A stretch of DNA of 38,072 bases from a virus (lineage: Duplodnaviria; Caudoviricetes). The translations under genes were made by a program, and so were the position numbers. The notes beneath the pieces were generated by a model. The model worked only from the letters and a program-made list of their open reading frames with translations, searched no databases and was not told the DNA's origin. Below are positions 18,254 through 26,142 of this stretch, piece by piece. The stretch is taken from positions 1 to 38,072 of the IMG/VR virus record IMGVR_UViG_3300020043_003485. One strand, given 5' to 3'. Positions within the stretch are counted from its first letter, which is position 1, and every line of letters begins with the position of its first letter.

Positions 18254-20161
18254 TTACTTGCGGTAACGCTTGCCGTACCAACCTTCGGCGGCAAGTGGAA
18301 AGTCAGAAGCCCATTTAGGCGGTGTGGTCATCAATTGCTCCACCGTCTTTAGGGCTCTTTCTCCCTCAGATTCCTTCACTAATAAAAGGACTTCATCATG
18401 GATCAAGTTGAGCACTTCAAAACCGTTAAGCTCAAGAAGCAAAGAGCTCTCGGCAAGAATATCCCTCGCAGCACCTTGGACAGCCGACTGGAAGATACTG
18501 GAACCAATAAGGTTGTTACGACCCCACTTACGAGTGAAAGTACTTTGGTTACGGACAGTGATGCCATCCTTCATTGCCCCCCAGGGAGTCAAATGTTTTT
18601 CGATTTCGGGATCTCTCCAGCAGATGAGTCTACCACTGGGTAATTGCATCCATAACGCACCTTTAGTGCATTTAAAAGCAATCTTAGTACCTTGAACACC
18701 CTCTGGCCTAAAAGCAGTACCTGGATTCCTAATCGCTTGTATGGCTAAACGCTCAAACTCATACCAACTATTCTTTACCCGTCCATACGACATACGATAG
18801 GCATCCACAGCTTGTTTGCTCTGCTCTAGAGACAACTTCACACCCATCCCCTCAGCATAATCAACCAAACCCTTAGCACCTTGTCCAAACATGCAACCTA
18901 GCACAGCGGACTTGGATACTTGGCGCATATCTTTAGTCACTTCTTCGTAGGGCACTCGATAGAGAGACGAACTAGCAAAGGTCTTATACTCATCCAAGCC
19001 TTCTCGGAACATTTCTAACTTATCATTTTGACAAGCAATCCATGAAGCCATACGGTTTTCAATGGAGCTAAAGTCTGAGTCCACAAAAACATACCCGTCT
19101 GGGGCTTTTATAGCGCTTCTGACGAGACTTGACAGCTCATCCATAGTGCCGCCCTCACCACGCTCTAAAACACGCTCTATAGCAGTTTCAATTTCTTCAT
19201 CACCCAAAGTTGGGCGAGCAATATTCTGTAGGTTAAGCCCACCACGAGAAGCCCAACGGCCCGTAGAAGCCCCATGATATACCAACGTATTACGGATACG
19301 CCCTCCAACTTGCACCTCCAACATTTTCTTGTACTTAGTTACAGCGGTAGCTGAACCCAACTGGCGTAACTCTAATACTCTACGCACATTGGGACTTAGG
19401 TCTGGTAATAAAAGTGCCTTCTCTACTGTTTCAGCAGTTAGGTCATCTAACTTACACCCATGAAGCTCCAACCACCCTAATAGTCGTGGCACTTGGTTGG
19501 CAGATATACCACCAGTAATGCCTTGAATCTCAATCGCCACTTCGTTTTTTGCATTATCAACGGTATTGAGAGCATTCTGTAGTTCGTCAGGATCTACTGG
19601 AACTCCACGTTCATTAATCTTCTGTGTCATCACCCAAATATCTTGCTCTGTAGTAGATAGATTGCGTAACTGTTTAACAACCGCCATTTCAGTTCTAACG
19701 TCTTGCTTACAGTAGTTATACATCTGCTCTAGCAATTCGGGGTCTTTGTTGAAGATACCCTTGCTATTAGGTTTGGATAGCTTTTGGATTAGTCGTTTAC
19801 CAACTGGGTCTTTTTGTTCTGTGACACCCAAGAAGATAGCCGCCTCTTCCAAAGACTGCGGGATGTTATTGGATGCCGCGATAGCCATGGAATCAACCAT
19901 CTGATTAGGCTTGATATCTAGCTCCAAAACATACTTGAGGATGTTGTATTCAAACGCAGCATTCCACGCTTGATATTTGGTATCTTTATTAAAGAAGAAC
20001 TGGGGAGGTGTTTGATCGGGAAGCCACAACTGCACTTCACCATCATCTATTGAATAAGCCATACAGATAACTTCTGTGGTCTTACATTTGGCATACTTGT
20101 CTAGACCCGCATCTTTCAAACTTACCTTACTACGGGTTTCAAAGTCTAAATTTACTATCAT
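18254..20161 (-). CDS. polA: DNA polymerase family A (phage type) with 3'-5' exonuclease
   Basis: Exo I LDFET, HGASTGRW, motif A DFSSIENR, motif B RQVSKSAVLGCMFG, motif C IHDE. Confidence 0.95.
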   Translation of the reverse strand: MIVNLDFETRSKVSLKDAGLDKYAKCKTTEVICMAYSIDDGEVQLWLPDQTPPQFFFNKDTKYQAWNAAFEYNILKYVLELDIKPNQMVDSMAIAASNNIPQSLEEAAIFLGVTEQKDPVGKRLIQKLSKPNSKGIFNKDPELLEQMYNYCKQDVRTEMAVVKQLRNLSTTEQDIWVMTQKINERGVPVDPDELQNALNTVDNAKNEVAIEIQGITGGISANQVPRLLGWLELHGCKLDDLTAETVEKALLLPDLSPNVRRVLELRQLGSATAVTKYKKMLEVQVGGRIRNTLVYHGASTGRWASRGGLNLQNIARPTLGDEEIETAIERVLERGEGGTMDELSSLVRSAIKAPDGYVFVDSDFSSIENRMASWIACQNDKLEMFREGLDEYKTFASSSLYRVPYEEVTKDMRQVSKSAVLGCMFGQGAKGLVDYAEGMGVKLSLEQSKQAVDAYRMSYGRVKNSWYEFERLAIQAIRNPGTAFRPEGVQGTKIAFKCTKGALWMQLPSGRLICWRDPEIEKHLTPWGAMKDGITVRNQSTFTRKWGRNNLIGSSIFQSAVQGAARDILAESSLLLELNGFEVLNLIHDEVLLLVKESEGERALKTVEQLMTTPPKWASDFPLAAEGWYGKRYRK

Positions 20162-20195
20162 TTAATGCTCCTATGGCTATGTGACGAATCACAGT

Positions 20196-20222
20196 TAAAA
20201 AAGGGAGGGTTTTACCCCTCCC
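20196..20222 (-). terminator. Rho-independent terminator between nrdJ and polA
   Basis: Minus strand GGGAGGGGTAAAACCCTCCC followed by TTTTTT. Confidence 0.8.
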
Positions 20223-20227
20223 AAGTA

Positions 20228-22102
20228 TTATATCTCACAAACTCCTGCAACACAAGCTAACTGCTGTGCACCTTCTACGTTGTCTGTGACTTCTTTAAAG
20301 TCGCTCCAGTTGATGGTTGGGACAGATTTCTTAAGAGCGTCATACTCTTCTTGAGTACATTCCTCATATGGGGCTTGTCTGTACGTGCCGCCATCATAAG
20401 GTAAGTATGATACACCACTAATCTGACTGAAGTTTTCCCACGTCCACGCGCCGACACTTGGCCAGTCTTTTTCTTCGACTGAGATGGTGACGCTTGGCTT
20501 GTGCTCACACCAATGTTTCTGATATGTAAGCCATAACTCCAAATGGCTAATCGGTGTAACATCCTCGCGAACTAAACCATCAGGTGCTTTTTGAGGGAAA
20601 CTGAAAACAATCGTTTGATTGGGTTTGTAAACACAAGGTTCGTTTGGAACTCCCTGACCAATTAAAAACTGCGTGAGAGGGTCTTTCGCATCTCCCCGCA
20701 CTCTGCGGACATAATATTTAGAGTGTCTTGGGTGGATTCCAGAAGCGCTGTCAACGAGTTGGCTGACAGTTCCGGATGGTTTGACACATGTAATCGCAGC
20801 GCTCTTAGGTATTCCAAGCAATCCTGCAAATTCCTCGTTTGCTTTTCTAGCTTCTTCTCTAAGTGTTGCGAGTAAATCATTTAATTCATCTCCTTGGGTG
20901 CATGTGAGCATGTTGTCGTAAATGCCGGTGAGTGAGACTCCCAACAAACGTTCTTCTTCTGTGTTTCGTTGCCACACTTTTCGCAGGTATGGAAACTTAG
21001 TAAATGTAGCTTGTATTGTTCCGAGTATTGCTGCGAGACGCACTTTGCGCATGAGAGATTCTTTTGTGTCGTCATGTCTTACCACCACTTCTGTGAGGTT
21101 ACAAAACTGATATGGCCTGAGGATAATCTCGGAACACGGGTTCGTACCAAACTCAAAGTTGGGGTCACGATGCCCGTATTTGGCAACTGTGTTTTTTGCC
21201 GCTTCACGGTTAAAGATGCCACGTTCCCCGCTATGAGAGTTATAAAGAGATAACCACTCCTCCATGAATTTGCCAACTGTTGGTGTCTCGTTGTACACAG
21301 CGGAATTGTTTGCCAATGCGCGATGCGGCGCAGTTTCCCACCAAGGGCCTGCTTTTGCATGTCGAATCCTTTCATCATCTAAATCTGATAGTGAAATCAT
21401 TGCAGAGCGACGTACACCACCCACAACAACTACTTCACCAATTTTACACATTAAATCGTGGCACTCTAATGAATGCAACTTACGTCCCTTAGCACCCTTA
21501 AACAACGCCACAGTGAACTCAAACAAGTCTACTAATGGTTCTGGCCCAGAAGCTCTTCCACCAAATGTTTTGAGTCGTGTTCCAGCTGCTCTAATTTTGG
21601 ATACGTCCCACTTTGGGATTTCTCCTGAGTAGAGGTGAGCGATGAGGAGACGTAATGATTTTGCCCAACCTTCTTTGGAATCATGGACTGTGATGACGTG
21701 CTCGCTATGGAATAGCTTTTCTGGCACGTCGGGCAATTGATTAATAAATTTGGATTCAACTGAGAACCCAACACCTGTACCGCATAACAAAATGAACATT
21801 GCTTCATCGAATGATTTCTGATCGTCAATTGGAAGATATGAACAGTTATATACACATGTGTTATCTCTGTCCGCTGCTTTGCCAGCAGTCATTACTGCTC
21901 GCATTGAAGGCATTACTTGTAATCCATGGATTGCGGTGAATAAATCTTTTTTCAACGCATCATTTGCGGAGATTACTGGTGTTCGACTAAACACATAATC
22001 CACGTAACGTTGTACTGTTTCGCCCCAATTTTCACGACGACCTTTGTCATCAACAAATCGGGCATATCGGCTTGCTGCAATATATTCTTGGTATTGATCC
22101 AT
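20228..22102 (-). CDS. nrdJ: Class II (adenosylcobalamin-dependent) ribonucleotide reductase
   Basis: PSMR, YNCSY, GTGVGFS, VVVGGVRRSA, TNPCSE, VKPSGT and C-terminal CxxGxC. No small (beta) subunit gene nearby. Confidence 0.93.
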   Translation of the reverse strand: MDQYQEYIAASRYARFVDDKGRRENWGETVQRYVDYVFSRTPVISANDALKKDLFTAIHGLQVMPSMRAVMTAGKAADRDNTCVYNCSYLPIDDQKSFDEAMFILLCGTGVGFSVESKFINQLPDVPEKLFHSEHVITVHDSKEGWAKSLRLLIAHLYSGEIPKWDVSKIRAAGTRLKTFGGRASGPEPLVDLFEFTVALFKGAKGRKLHSLECHDLMCKIGEVVVVGGVRRSAMISLSDLDDERIRHAKAGPWWETAPHRALANNSAVYNETPTVGKFMEEWLSLYNSHSGERGIFNREAAKNTVAKYGHRDPNFEFGTNPCSEIILRPYQFCNLTEVVVRHDDTKESLMRKVRLAAILGTIQATFTKFPYLRKVWQRNTEEERLLGVSLTGIYDNMLTCTQGDELNDLLATLREEARKANEEFAGLLGIPKSAAITCVKPSGTVSQLVDSASGIHPRHSKYYVRRVRGDAKDPLTQFLIGQGVPNEPCVYKPNQTIVFSFPQKAPDGLVREDVTPISHLELWLTYQKHWCEHKPSVTISVEEKDWPSVGAWTWENFSQISGVSYLPYDGGTYRQAPYEECTQEEYDALKKSVPTINWSDFKEVTDNVEGAQQLACVAGVCEI

Positions 22103-22127
22103 GATATCTTCTTATAGTTGTTAGAGG

Positions 22128-22157
22128 AAACAAAACCCACCGAAGTGGGCTTTGTTG
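22128..22157 (-). terminator. Rho-independent terminator with UUCG loop upstream of nrdJ
   Basis: Minus strand AAAGCCCAC-TTCG-GTGGGTTTTGTTT. Confidence 0.75.
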
Positions 22158-22178
22158 TTTTACTAAGTATTTACTACT

Positions 22179-22556
22179 TTACTTCTTTTTTGCTACTGCT
22201 TTCTTCTTTACTACTGTTTCGGTGCTCTTTAAAACACGCTTGGCAGGCTTCATCTTGGCTGGTTCGTTATCCCAGGCAGACCAAACCTCTGGAACTGCTA
22301 CTTTAGGTAAACCTAACGCTTTTTGATGAAAGTCAATCGCTTTTTGAACACCTTCTTGGATAGCTTTCAGTGTCGACAAAGCATCATCTTTGTACCAATC
22401 AGATGTGTAGATAGCAATTGATTCACTACCGTCACCGATCTTAACTGTTACGTTAAAATCTTCTGGGCTTACTGCACTTCCCGTTACTGATACATATGAT
22501 GTTGACTCTGGGAAAAACTTACTGAAATTCAGTTTTTCTGTTTTTGGTTTTGCCAT
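22179..22556 (-). CDS. Hypothetical protein with basic C-terminal tail
   Basis: ATG at 22556 with an AAGGA RBS; MAKPKTEKLNFSKFF... Confidence 0.75.
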   Translation of the reverse strand: MAKPKTEKLNFSKFFPESTSYVSVTGSAVSPEDFNVTVKIGDGSESIAIYTSDWYKDDALSTLKAIQEGVQKAIDFHQKALGLPKVAVPEVWSAWDNEPAKMKPAKRVLKSTETVVKKKAVAKKK

Positions 22557-22569
22557 TTTAATTTCCTTG

Positions 22570-23088
22570 TTAAACCGCAAAGTCAGAAGCAGCTGATACA
22601 CCGCCACCACCTAAACGCTCACCATCTTCTAGCTTTTGCACGTTGCCTAAGCCACAAGCGATACCTTTAGAACCTTCCATGTTGTATGGATAGAACTCAA
22701 TCGCTACACGACCAAAACAACCTGAATATAGCTCATCAGCATCTAGGATTGCATTCATTTCTGCATCTACAACACCTGGTTTCTTAACAGAGTTGGCGTT
22801 GATAAACATAGAGTTGGCATATGCCTCGTCTTCTTTTTCTAAATCGCCATCACGCAATCCACCTTTAAGCAACTTAGGTACTGTACCACCAAAGTAGCCT
22901 GCTGAATTAGCTTTAGCTTCTTCAAAAGCTTTGTTGATTTTAGCAATTGTTTCTTTGTCAGATTTAGGAATAATGATAGACACTGAATACTTAGGTGTCT
23001 TGCCATCGCCTTTATCTACTGGTTGAAAAACGTTTACATAAGATAAACGAACTTTGCCTGTTACTACACGAGGATTTTTAATAGCCAT
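22570..23088 (-). CDS. ssDNA-binding protein (DUF2815 family)
   Basis: VRLSYVNVF, KYSVSIIIPK, LRDGD, YSGC, GIACGLGNVQK.DGERLGG and an acidic-aromatic C-terminus (SDFAV). Confidence 0.9.
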   Translation of the reverse strand: MAIKNPRVVTGKVRLSYVNVFQPVDKGDGKTPKYSVSIIIPKSDKETIAKINKAFEEAKANSAGYFGGTVPKLLKGGLRDGDLEKEDEAYANSMFINANSVKKPGVVDAEMNAILDADELYSGCFGRVAIEFYPYNMEGSKGIACGLGNVQKLEDGERLGGGGVSAASDFAV

Positions 23089-23138
23089 CTTGCTTCCTTA
23101 TTTACTTAAAATTGATTGGACTTCAAAGGTGCCAATCT

Positions 23139-23149
23139 CTACCTATGCA
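23139..23149 (-). promoter_or_regulatory. Putative phage promoter core, copy 3 (TGCATAGGTAG)
   Basis: Core motif overlaps the upstream stop codon, ~50 nt before the SSB start. It lacks the T-run and the GGGCG element. Confidence 0.45.
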
Positions 23150-23382
23150 TCATAAAGTATACCACGTTGTTGTAAAGCTAACTTCATGGCATGAGCTTTA
23201 ATCAAATCATTCTTGTATTCATTGTACATCAATAATTCTGGTTCGTCATGAACTATTTCAATGGTTATGGAAATTAAATCTCTAATCTCTTCTAACGCTT
23301 CCCTACTAATATTATGGAATTCTACATAATATTCGTCAACCATTGTTTGGGGGACTTCTATAACCATTTGTTCCTTTGTCAT
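23143..23382 (-). CDS. Hypothetical protein
   Basis: 79-aa ORF with an AAGGGA RBS, in operon order. Confidence 0.65.
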   Translation of the reverse strand: MTKEQMVIEVPQTMVDEYYVEFHNISREALEEIRDLISITIEIVHDEPELLMYNEYKNDLIKAHAMKLALQQRGILYDA

Positions 23383-23391
23383 TTTATCCCT

Positions 23392-23538
23392 TTATTTTAC
23401 CGCTTCTAGGTATAGCCCCACGTTTCCTAAGCTATAGCCCAAGTAGGCGATGCCCATGCCTACTTGACCTTTAACAATTAAATCAATTCCTATGTATAAA
23501 TACACGAAACCGATTGTAGCAATTAACCATGAGCTCAT
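23392..23538 (-). CDS. Small two-helix membrane protein (48 aa)
   Basis: MSSWLIATIGFVYLYIGIDLIVKGQVGMGIAYLGYSLGNVGLYLEAVK. ATGA overlap with the DUF2800 stop; below the ORF-track cutoff. Confidence 0.7.
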   Translation of the reverse strand: MSSWLIATIGFVYLYIGIDLIVKGQVGMGIAYLGYSLGNVGLYLEAVK

Positions 23539-24665
23539 GCAAAGTCTTCCTCGATCAATCCATCTCTAACGAGTTTTGGAGCACCTTCTGGACGAACAAT
23601 TAATGCGCCTAGGATAGATGCCACTTGACCTTTTTGACCCAGCTTCTCAAGCTTGCTAACGCTTTTAAGGGACTTTGGTTCAAAGATATCATTTTCTGAA
23701 AAACCTTTTTCCATGAGAACAGTCGCAGCTAATGCTTGATCACTTAACTTGCGATGTGTTGTTCCTGTAACTAGCTTATAGCCACGAGGAATAACATTCT
23801 CTTTAACTGCTTTCTCTGTAGCATAGTTCTCAACATCTGTTACCCATGCTTTAACTGAACTAGCTTTGAGTAATACCAAATTAATCTCTTCATCAGTTAG
23901 CAACGGAGCTGGCCTAAAGTCTAACTTAGCAATCTCATTGTTGTAATCTGATCTTGCACGACATGTTGCCTTAGCGCGGCAGAACTGGCAGTGATCACCT
24001 GGAACAAAATCACCAGTACCGATCCACGCGGTATTTGCTTTTTTCTTTACAAAGTATTTCGCCCAGTCCAAGAGCTTTTCAAGCGATGTGGAGTCAGATG
24101 AAATGCTGTCCAAGCGAGGCTGATGGATTGTGTATTCGACTTCCTTGATATTCGGGAATTCTTCTTGAAATTTGCTAAATGCTCCGAGAGCGTAGAGACG
24201 TAGTTGGCTGTTATCTTTCGATGAGACGGGTACTCCCTTTCCGAATTTAAGATCGATAACACGAACTTTATGTGGTGAGAGTATAATGACATCGGCGGTA
24301 CCGAACCCGTCAGAAACCCACTCAGAAAAGTCCACACGTTGTTCGAAAAGCGGTGTATCGCCTTGTCCAATTTGTGAACGTACATAGACCACATAATCAT
24401 CAACATAAGCTTCTAACTCCTCGTTATAGTATTTAGATTGTTTTGAAACGGCGTATAACCTCTCAAATTCACCTTCGTCAATTTGGTCATACTGTCGTTT
24501 TAGTTTTAATTCTGCGATTTCGTGAGCTAGAGTACCCTCAGCGGAGAAGTCAAACTGTCCTGGGGCTCTGGTTGGCTCTGGTAGAGTAGCTTCTAAACGA
24601 GCACTAGGAGTGCAAGTAAGCCATCTTTTTGATGATGATGCTGATAACAATGCGTGTGCTGACAT
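23535..24665 (-). CDS. DUF2800 family PD-(D/E)XK (Cas4-like) nuclease
   Basis: HALLSASSSKRWLTC, AEGTLAH, FGTAD, IDLKFGKG, QLRLYALG and HCQFC. Canonical neighbour of DUF2815 and PolA. Confidence 0.9.
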   Translation of the reverse strand: MSAHALLSASSSKRWLTCTPSARLEATLPEPTRAPGQFDFSAEGTLAHEIAELKLKRQYDQIDEGEFERLYAVSKQSKYYNEELEAYVDDYVVYVRSQIGQGDTPLFEQRVDFSEWVSDGFGTADVIILSPHKVRVIDLKFGKGVPVSSKDNSQLRLYALGAFSKFQEEFPNIKEVEYTIHQPRLDSISSDSTSLEKLLDWAKYFVKKKANTAWIGTGDFVPGDHCQFCRAKATCRARSDYNNEIAKLDFRPAPLLTDEEINLVLLKASSVKAWVTDVENYATEKAVKENVIPRGYKLVTGTTHRKLSDQALAATVLMEKGFSENDIFEPKSLKSVSKLEKLGQKGQVASILGALIVRPEGAPKLVRDGLIEEDFA

Positions 24666-24706
24666 AACTGGTTTCCTTTTTTAACTGATTTCCTATGAGT
24701 GTACAT

Positions 24707-24719
24707 CTACTTATGCAAA
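24707..24719 (-). promoter_or_regulatory. Putative phage promoter core, copy 4 (TTTGCATAAGTAG)
   Basis: Intergenic, ~40 nt upstream of the DUF2800 start. Confidence 0.6.
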
Positions 24720-24732
24720 TTTTGGTGGTATT

Positions 24733-25113
24733 TTACATGTTTTTTGTTTCATAATGTGATAAATATTCTATAGCTTTTTGCATGACAATTCTATCTTCTT
24801 TAAATAGCCCTATGGCCGTATTGCAACAATGGCACAATATTCCACGAACTTTATTTGTAATGTGGTCGTGGTCAATATGGGTATGTTTTTTAAGATTTAA
24901 GGGTTTACTGCAAATAGCACAACAATTATTTTGTTTTTCTATCATGGTATAAAACTCATCAACTGATATACCATAAGCACCTACTTTAGATTTGAATTTA
25001 ACTTTTTCGTGGCAAGGTTTGCACTTACCTTGATGCTTATCTTTTTTATTGCTGTTATCTTTATAAAATTCAGATAGAGGCTTTTCAACCTTACATTTGT
25101 TACATGTTTTCAT
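24733..25113 (-). CDS. Endonuclease VII-family protein (probable free-standing homing endonuclease)
   Basis: N-terminal CxxC...CxxC finger, YGIS, QNNCCAIC, IDHDH, VRGILCxxCNxxIG. Confidence 0.88.
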   Translation of the reverse strand: MKTCNKCKVEKPLSEFYKDNSNKKDKHQGKCKPCHEKVKFKSKVGAYGISVDEFYTMIEKQNNCCAICSKPLNLKKHTHIDHDHITNKVRGILCHCCNTAIGLFKEDRIVMQKAIEYLSHYETKNM

Positions 25114-25183
25114 AGATACTCCGCTAAGTAGGGAGTGGTAGCCAGTATAGCGGTACCGGCAGGGGAGCTACCCCGTTCCCACA
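25114..25183 (-). promoter_or_regulatory. Structured RNA leader (three-way junction with RBS-sequestering pseudoknot) upstream of the endonuclease
   Basis: Stems GTGG/CCAC, GGGG-TAGCT-CCCC and GCCGGTA-CCGCTA-TACTGGC. The loop CCGCTA is complementary to TAGCGG, which overlaps the GGAG RBS. Confidence 0.6.
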
Positions 25184-25187
25184 TTGA

Positions 25188-25577
25188 TTATTCTTCGGTT
25201 TTTCTTAACTGTTTGATTAGATTGCTAACTTCTGAAGCAAAGTCAATGGTGACTTCTTGCTTAACATCTTGTTTGATTTCCATGCGTTCTTTGTAGTCTT
25301 GAGGGAACTGGGCACGGGTCGCAATCTCAAACAAGCGAGTGTTGTAGGTGCGATTATTGAGGTTGGCTAGTGCTTCACGCTCCCACCAAGCTTGAGCTTC
25401 CACAACGGCACGATCCATTGCTTCGTCAAATTCTGGGTACTTTTTGCGCCAAGCAGCCGCCGTTGTCTTGGAGATACCAAGAGCGGAGAACATGATTTTT
25501 TGTGATGCTCCCGTTTTACCAAGCTCGATGACTTCATCACAAGCTTTCGGGAAATATTTTGTTGTTGGGTTTGCCAT
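25188..25577 (-). CDS. Terminase small subunit-like HTH protein
   Basis: PTTKY.P..CDEVIELG..G.S.....ALGISKTT...W.KKYPEF..A...A....QAWWE pattern of TerS-like proteins. Confidence 0.65.
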   Translation of the reverse strand: MANPTTKYFPKACDEVIELGKTGASQKIMFSALGISKTTAAAWRKKYPEFDEAMDRAVVEAQAWWEREALANLNNRTYNTRLFEIATRAQFPQDYKERMEIKQDVKQEVTIDFASEVSNLIKQLRKTEE

Positions 25578-25726
25578 TATTTTTTAGCCGTCTTTGCAGA
25601 CTCTTTAAATGCTTTCGTTGTTGGGGCACCTTTAGTGCCTGGTTTGCGCATCTTTTCTCCAGAGCCAGCTTTGATGCGCTCTTGTTTTGCATGAATGTTT
25701 GCGTATAAACCGGGTTTAGTTGCCAC
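25577..25726 (-). CDS. Small basic hypothetical protein (49 aa)
   Basis: GTG start with an AAGGA RBS; MATKPGLYANIHAKQERIKAGSGEKMRKPGTKGAPTTKAFKESAKTAKK. TAATG overlap with the TerS-like gene; not in the ORF track. Confidence 0.75.
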   Translation of the reverse strand: MATKPGLYANIHAKQERIKAGSGEKMRKPGTKGAPTTKAFKESAKTAKK

Positions 25727-25744
25727 GATAATATCCTTTTAAGT

Positions 25745-25818
25745 TGGTGCCCCTTGATGGAATTGAACCACCAATCCATGATTACAAGTCAAGTGTTATG
25801 CCGTTTAACTAAAAGGGC
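25745..25818 (-). tRNA. trnT: tRNA-Thr (anticodon UGU) with encoded CCA
   Basis: Acceptor GCCCTTT/AAGGGGC-A-CCA, D stem GTTA/TAAC, anticodon loop CT-TGT-AA, T loop TTCAATT. One U-U mismatch in the anticodon stem. Confidence 0.9.
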
Positions 25819-25898
25819 AAGTTGCCCGTCTGTTCCGGGCTGTCAGGTTTCTTTACACCGTCTTTAGGCCTAGGAGAGTCTCACGACTTATCCTATTA

Positions 25899-25930
25899 CT
25901 ACTTATGCAAAAAATCGTCAATCTCCGTCC
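25899..25930 (-). promoter_or_regulatory. Putative phage promoter, copy 5 (GGACG-N16-TGCATAAGTAG)
   Basis: Same spacing as copies 1 and 2. The downstream TAATAGGA is identical to copy 1. Points into the tRNA / basic protein / TerS-like unit. Confidence 0.7.
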
Positions 25931-26142
25931 ACAATTATGGACTTTTTTGGAAACGGAGGTTCTTTGCTTTCCTGCGATTTACGGTACCTTAATGCTTCGT
26001 TTACCATCATTTTTGTCATAGCAATAGCTTTCTCTTGATGTTCCAGTTCTTGCTGTTCAGAAGTCTTTTTAGCTTTGCGCTCGACTTCTTTGACTATGTC
26101 GTTACTGATGCCTGCACTTTTAAGCAGTTGGCGTAGGTTCAT
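25918..26142 (-). CDS. Hypothetical protein
   Basis: 74-aa ORF in a tightly packed operon. Confidence 0.6.
   Translation of the reverse strand: MNLRQLLKSAGISNDIVKEVERKAKKTSEQQELEHQEKAIAMTKMMVNEALRYRKSQESKEPPFPKKSIIVDGD

Noticed and set aside
18254-22102. Introns or inteins in polA and nrdJ
   Set aside because: Both ORFs are continuous, of normal length, with motifs in order and no intein signature noticed.
23535-24665. Cas4-like nuclease as evidence of a CRISPR system
   Set aside because: It is the DUF2800 replication-module nuclease. No repeat-spacer array or other cas genes were seen.
25537-25779. 80-aa ORF from the track
   Set aside because: It overlaps the tRNA. The real gene is the 49-aa ORF at 25577-25726 in another frame.
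25745-25818. Reading the tRNA as Tyr(GTA), a suppressor, or an attP site
   Set aside because: The 7-nt loop CTTGTAA centres on TGT (Thr) and the acceptor stem fits Thr. No integrase is in the window.
25824-25850. Hammerhead ribozyme suggested by CTGACAG and nearby GAAA
   Set aside because: The core needs CUGAnGA and correctly placed stems, which are not present.
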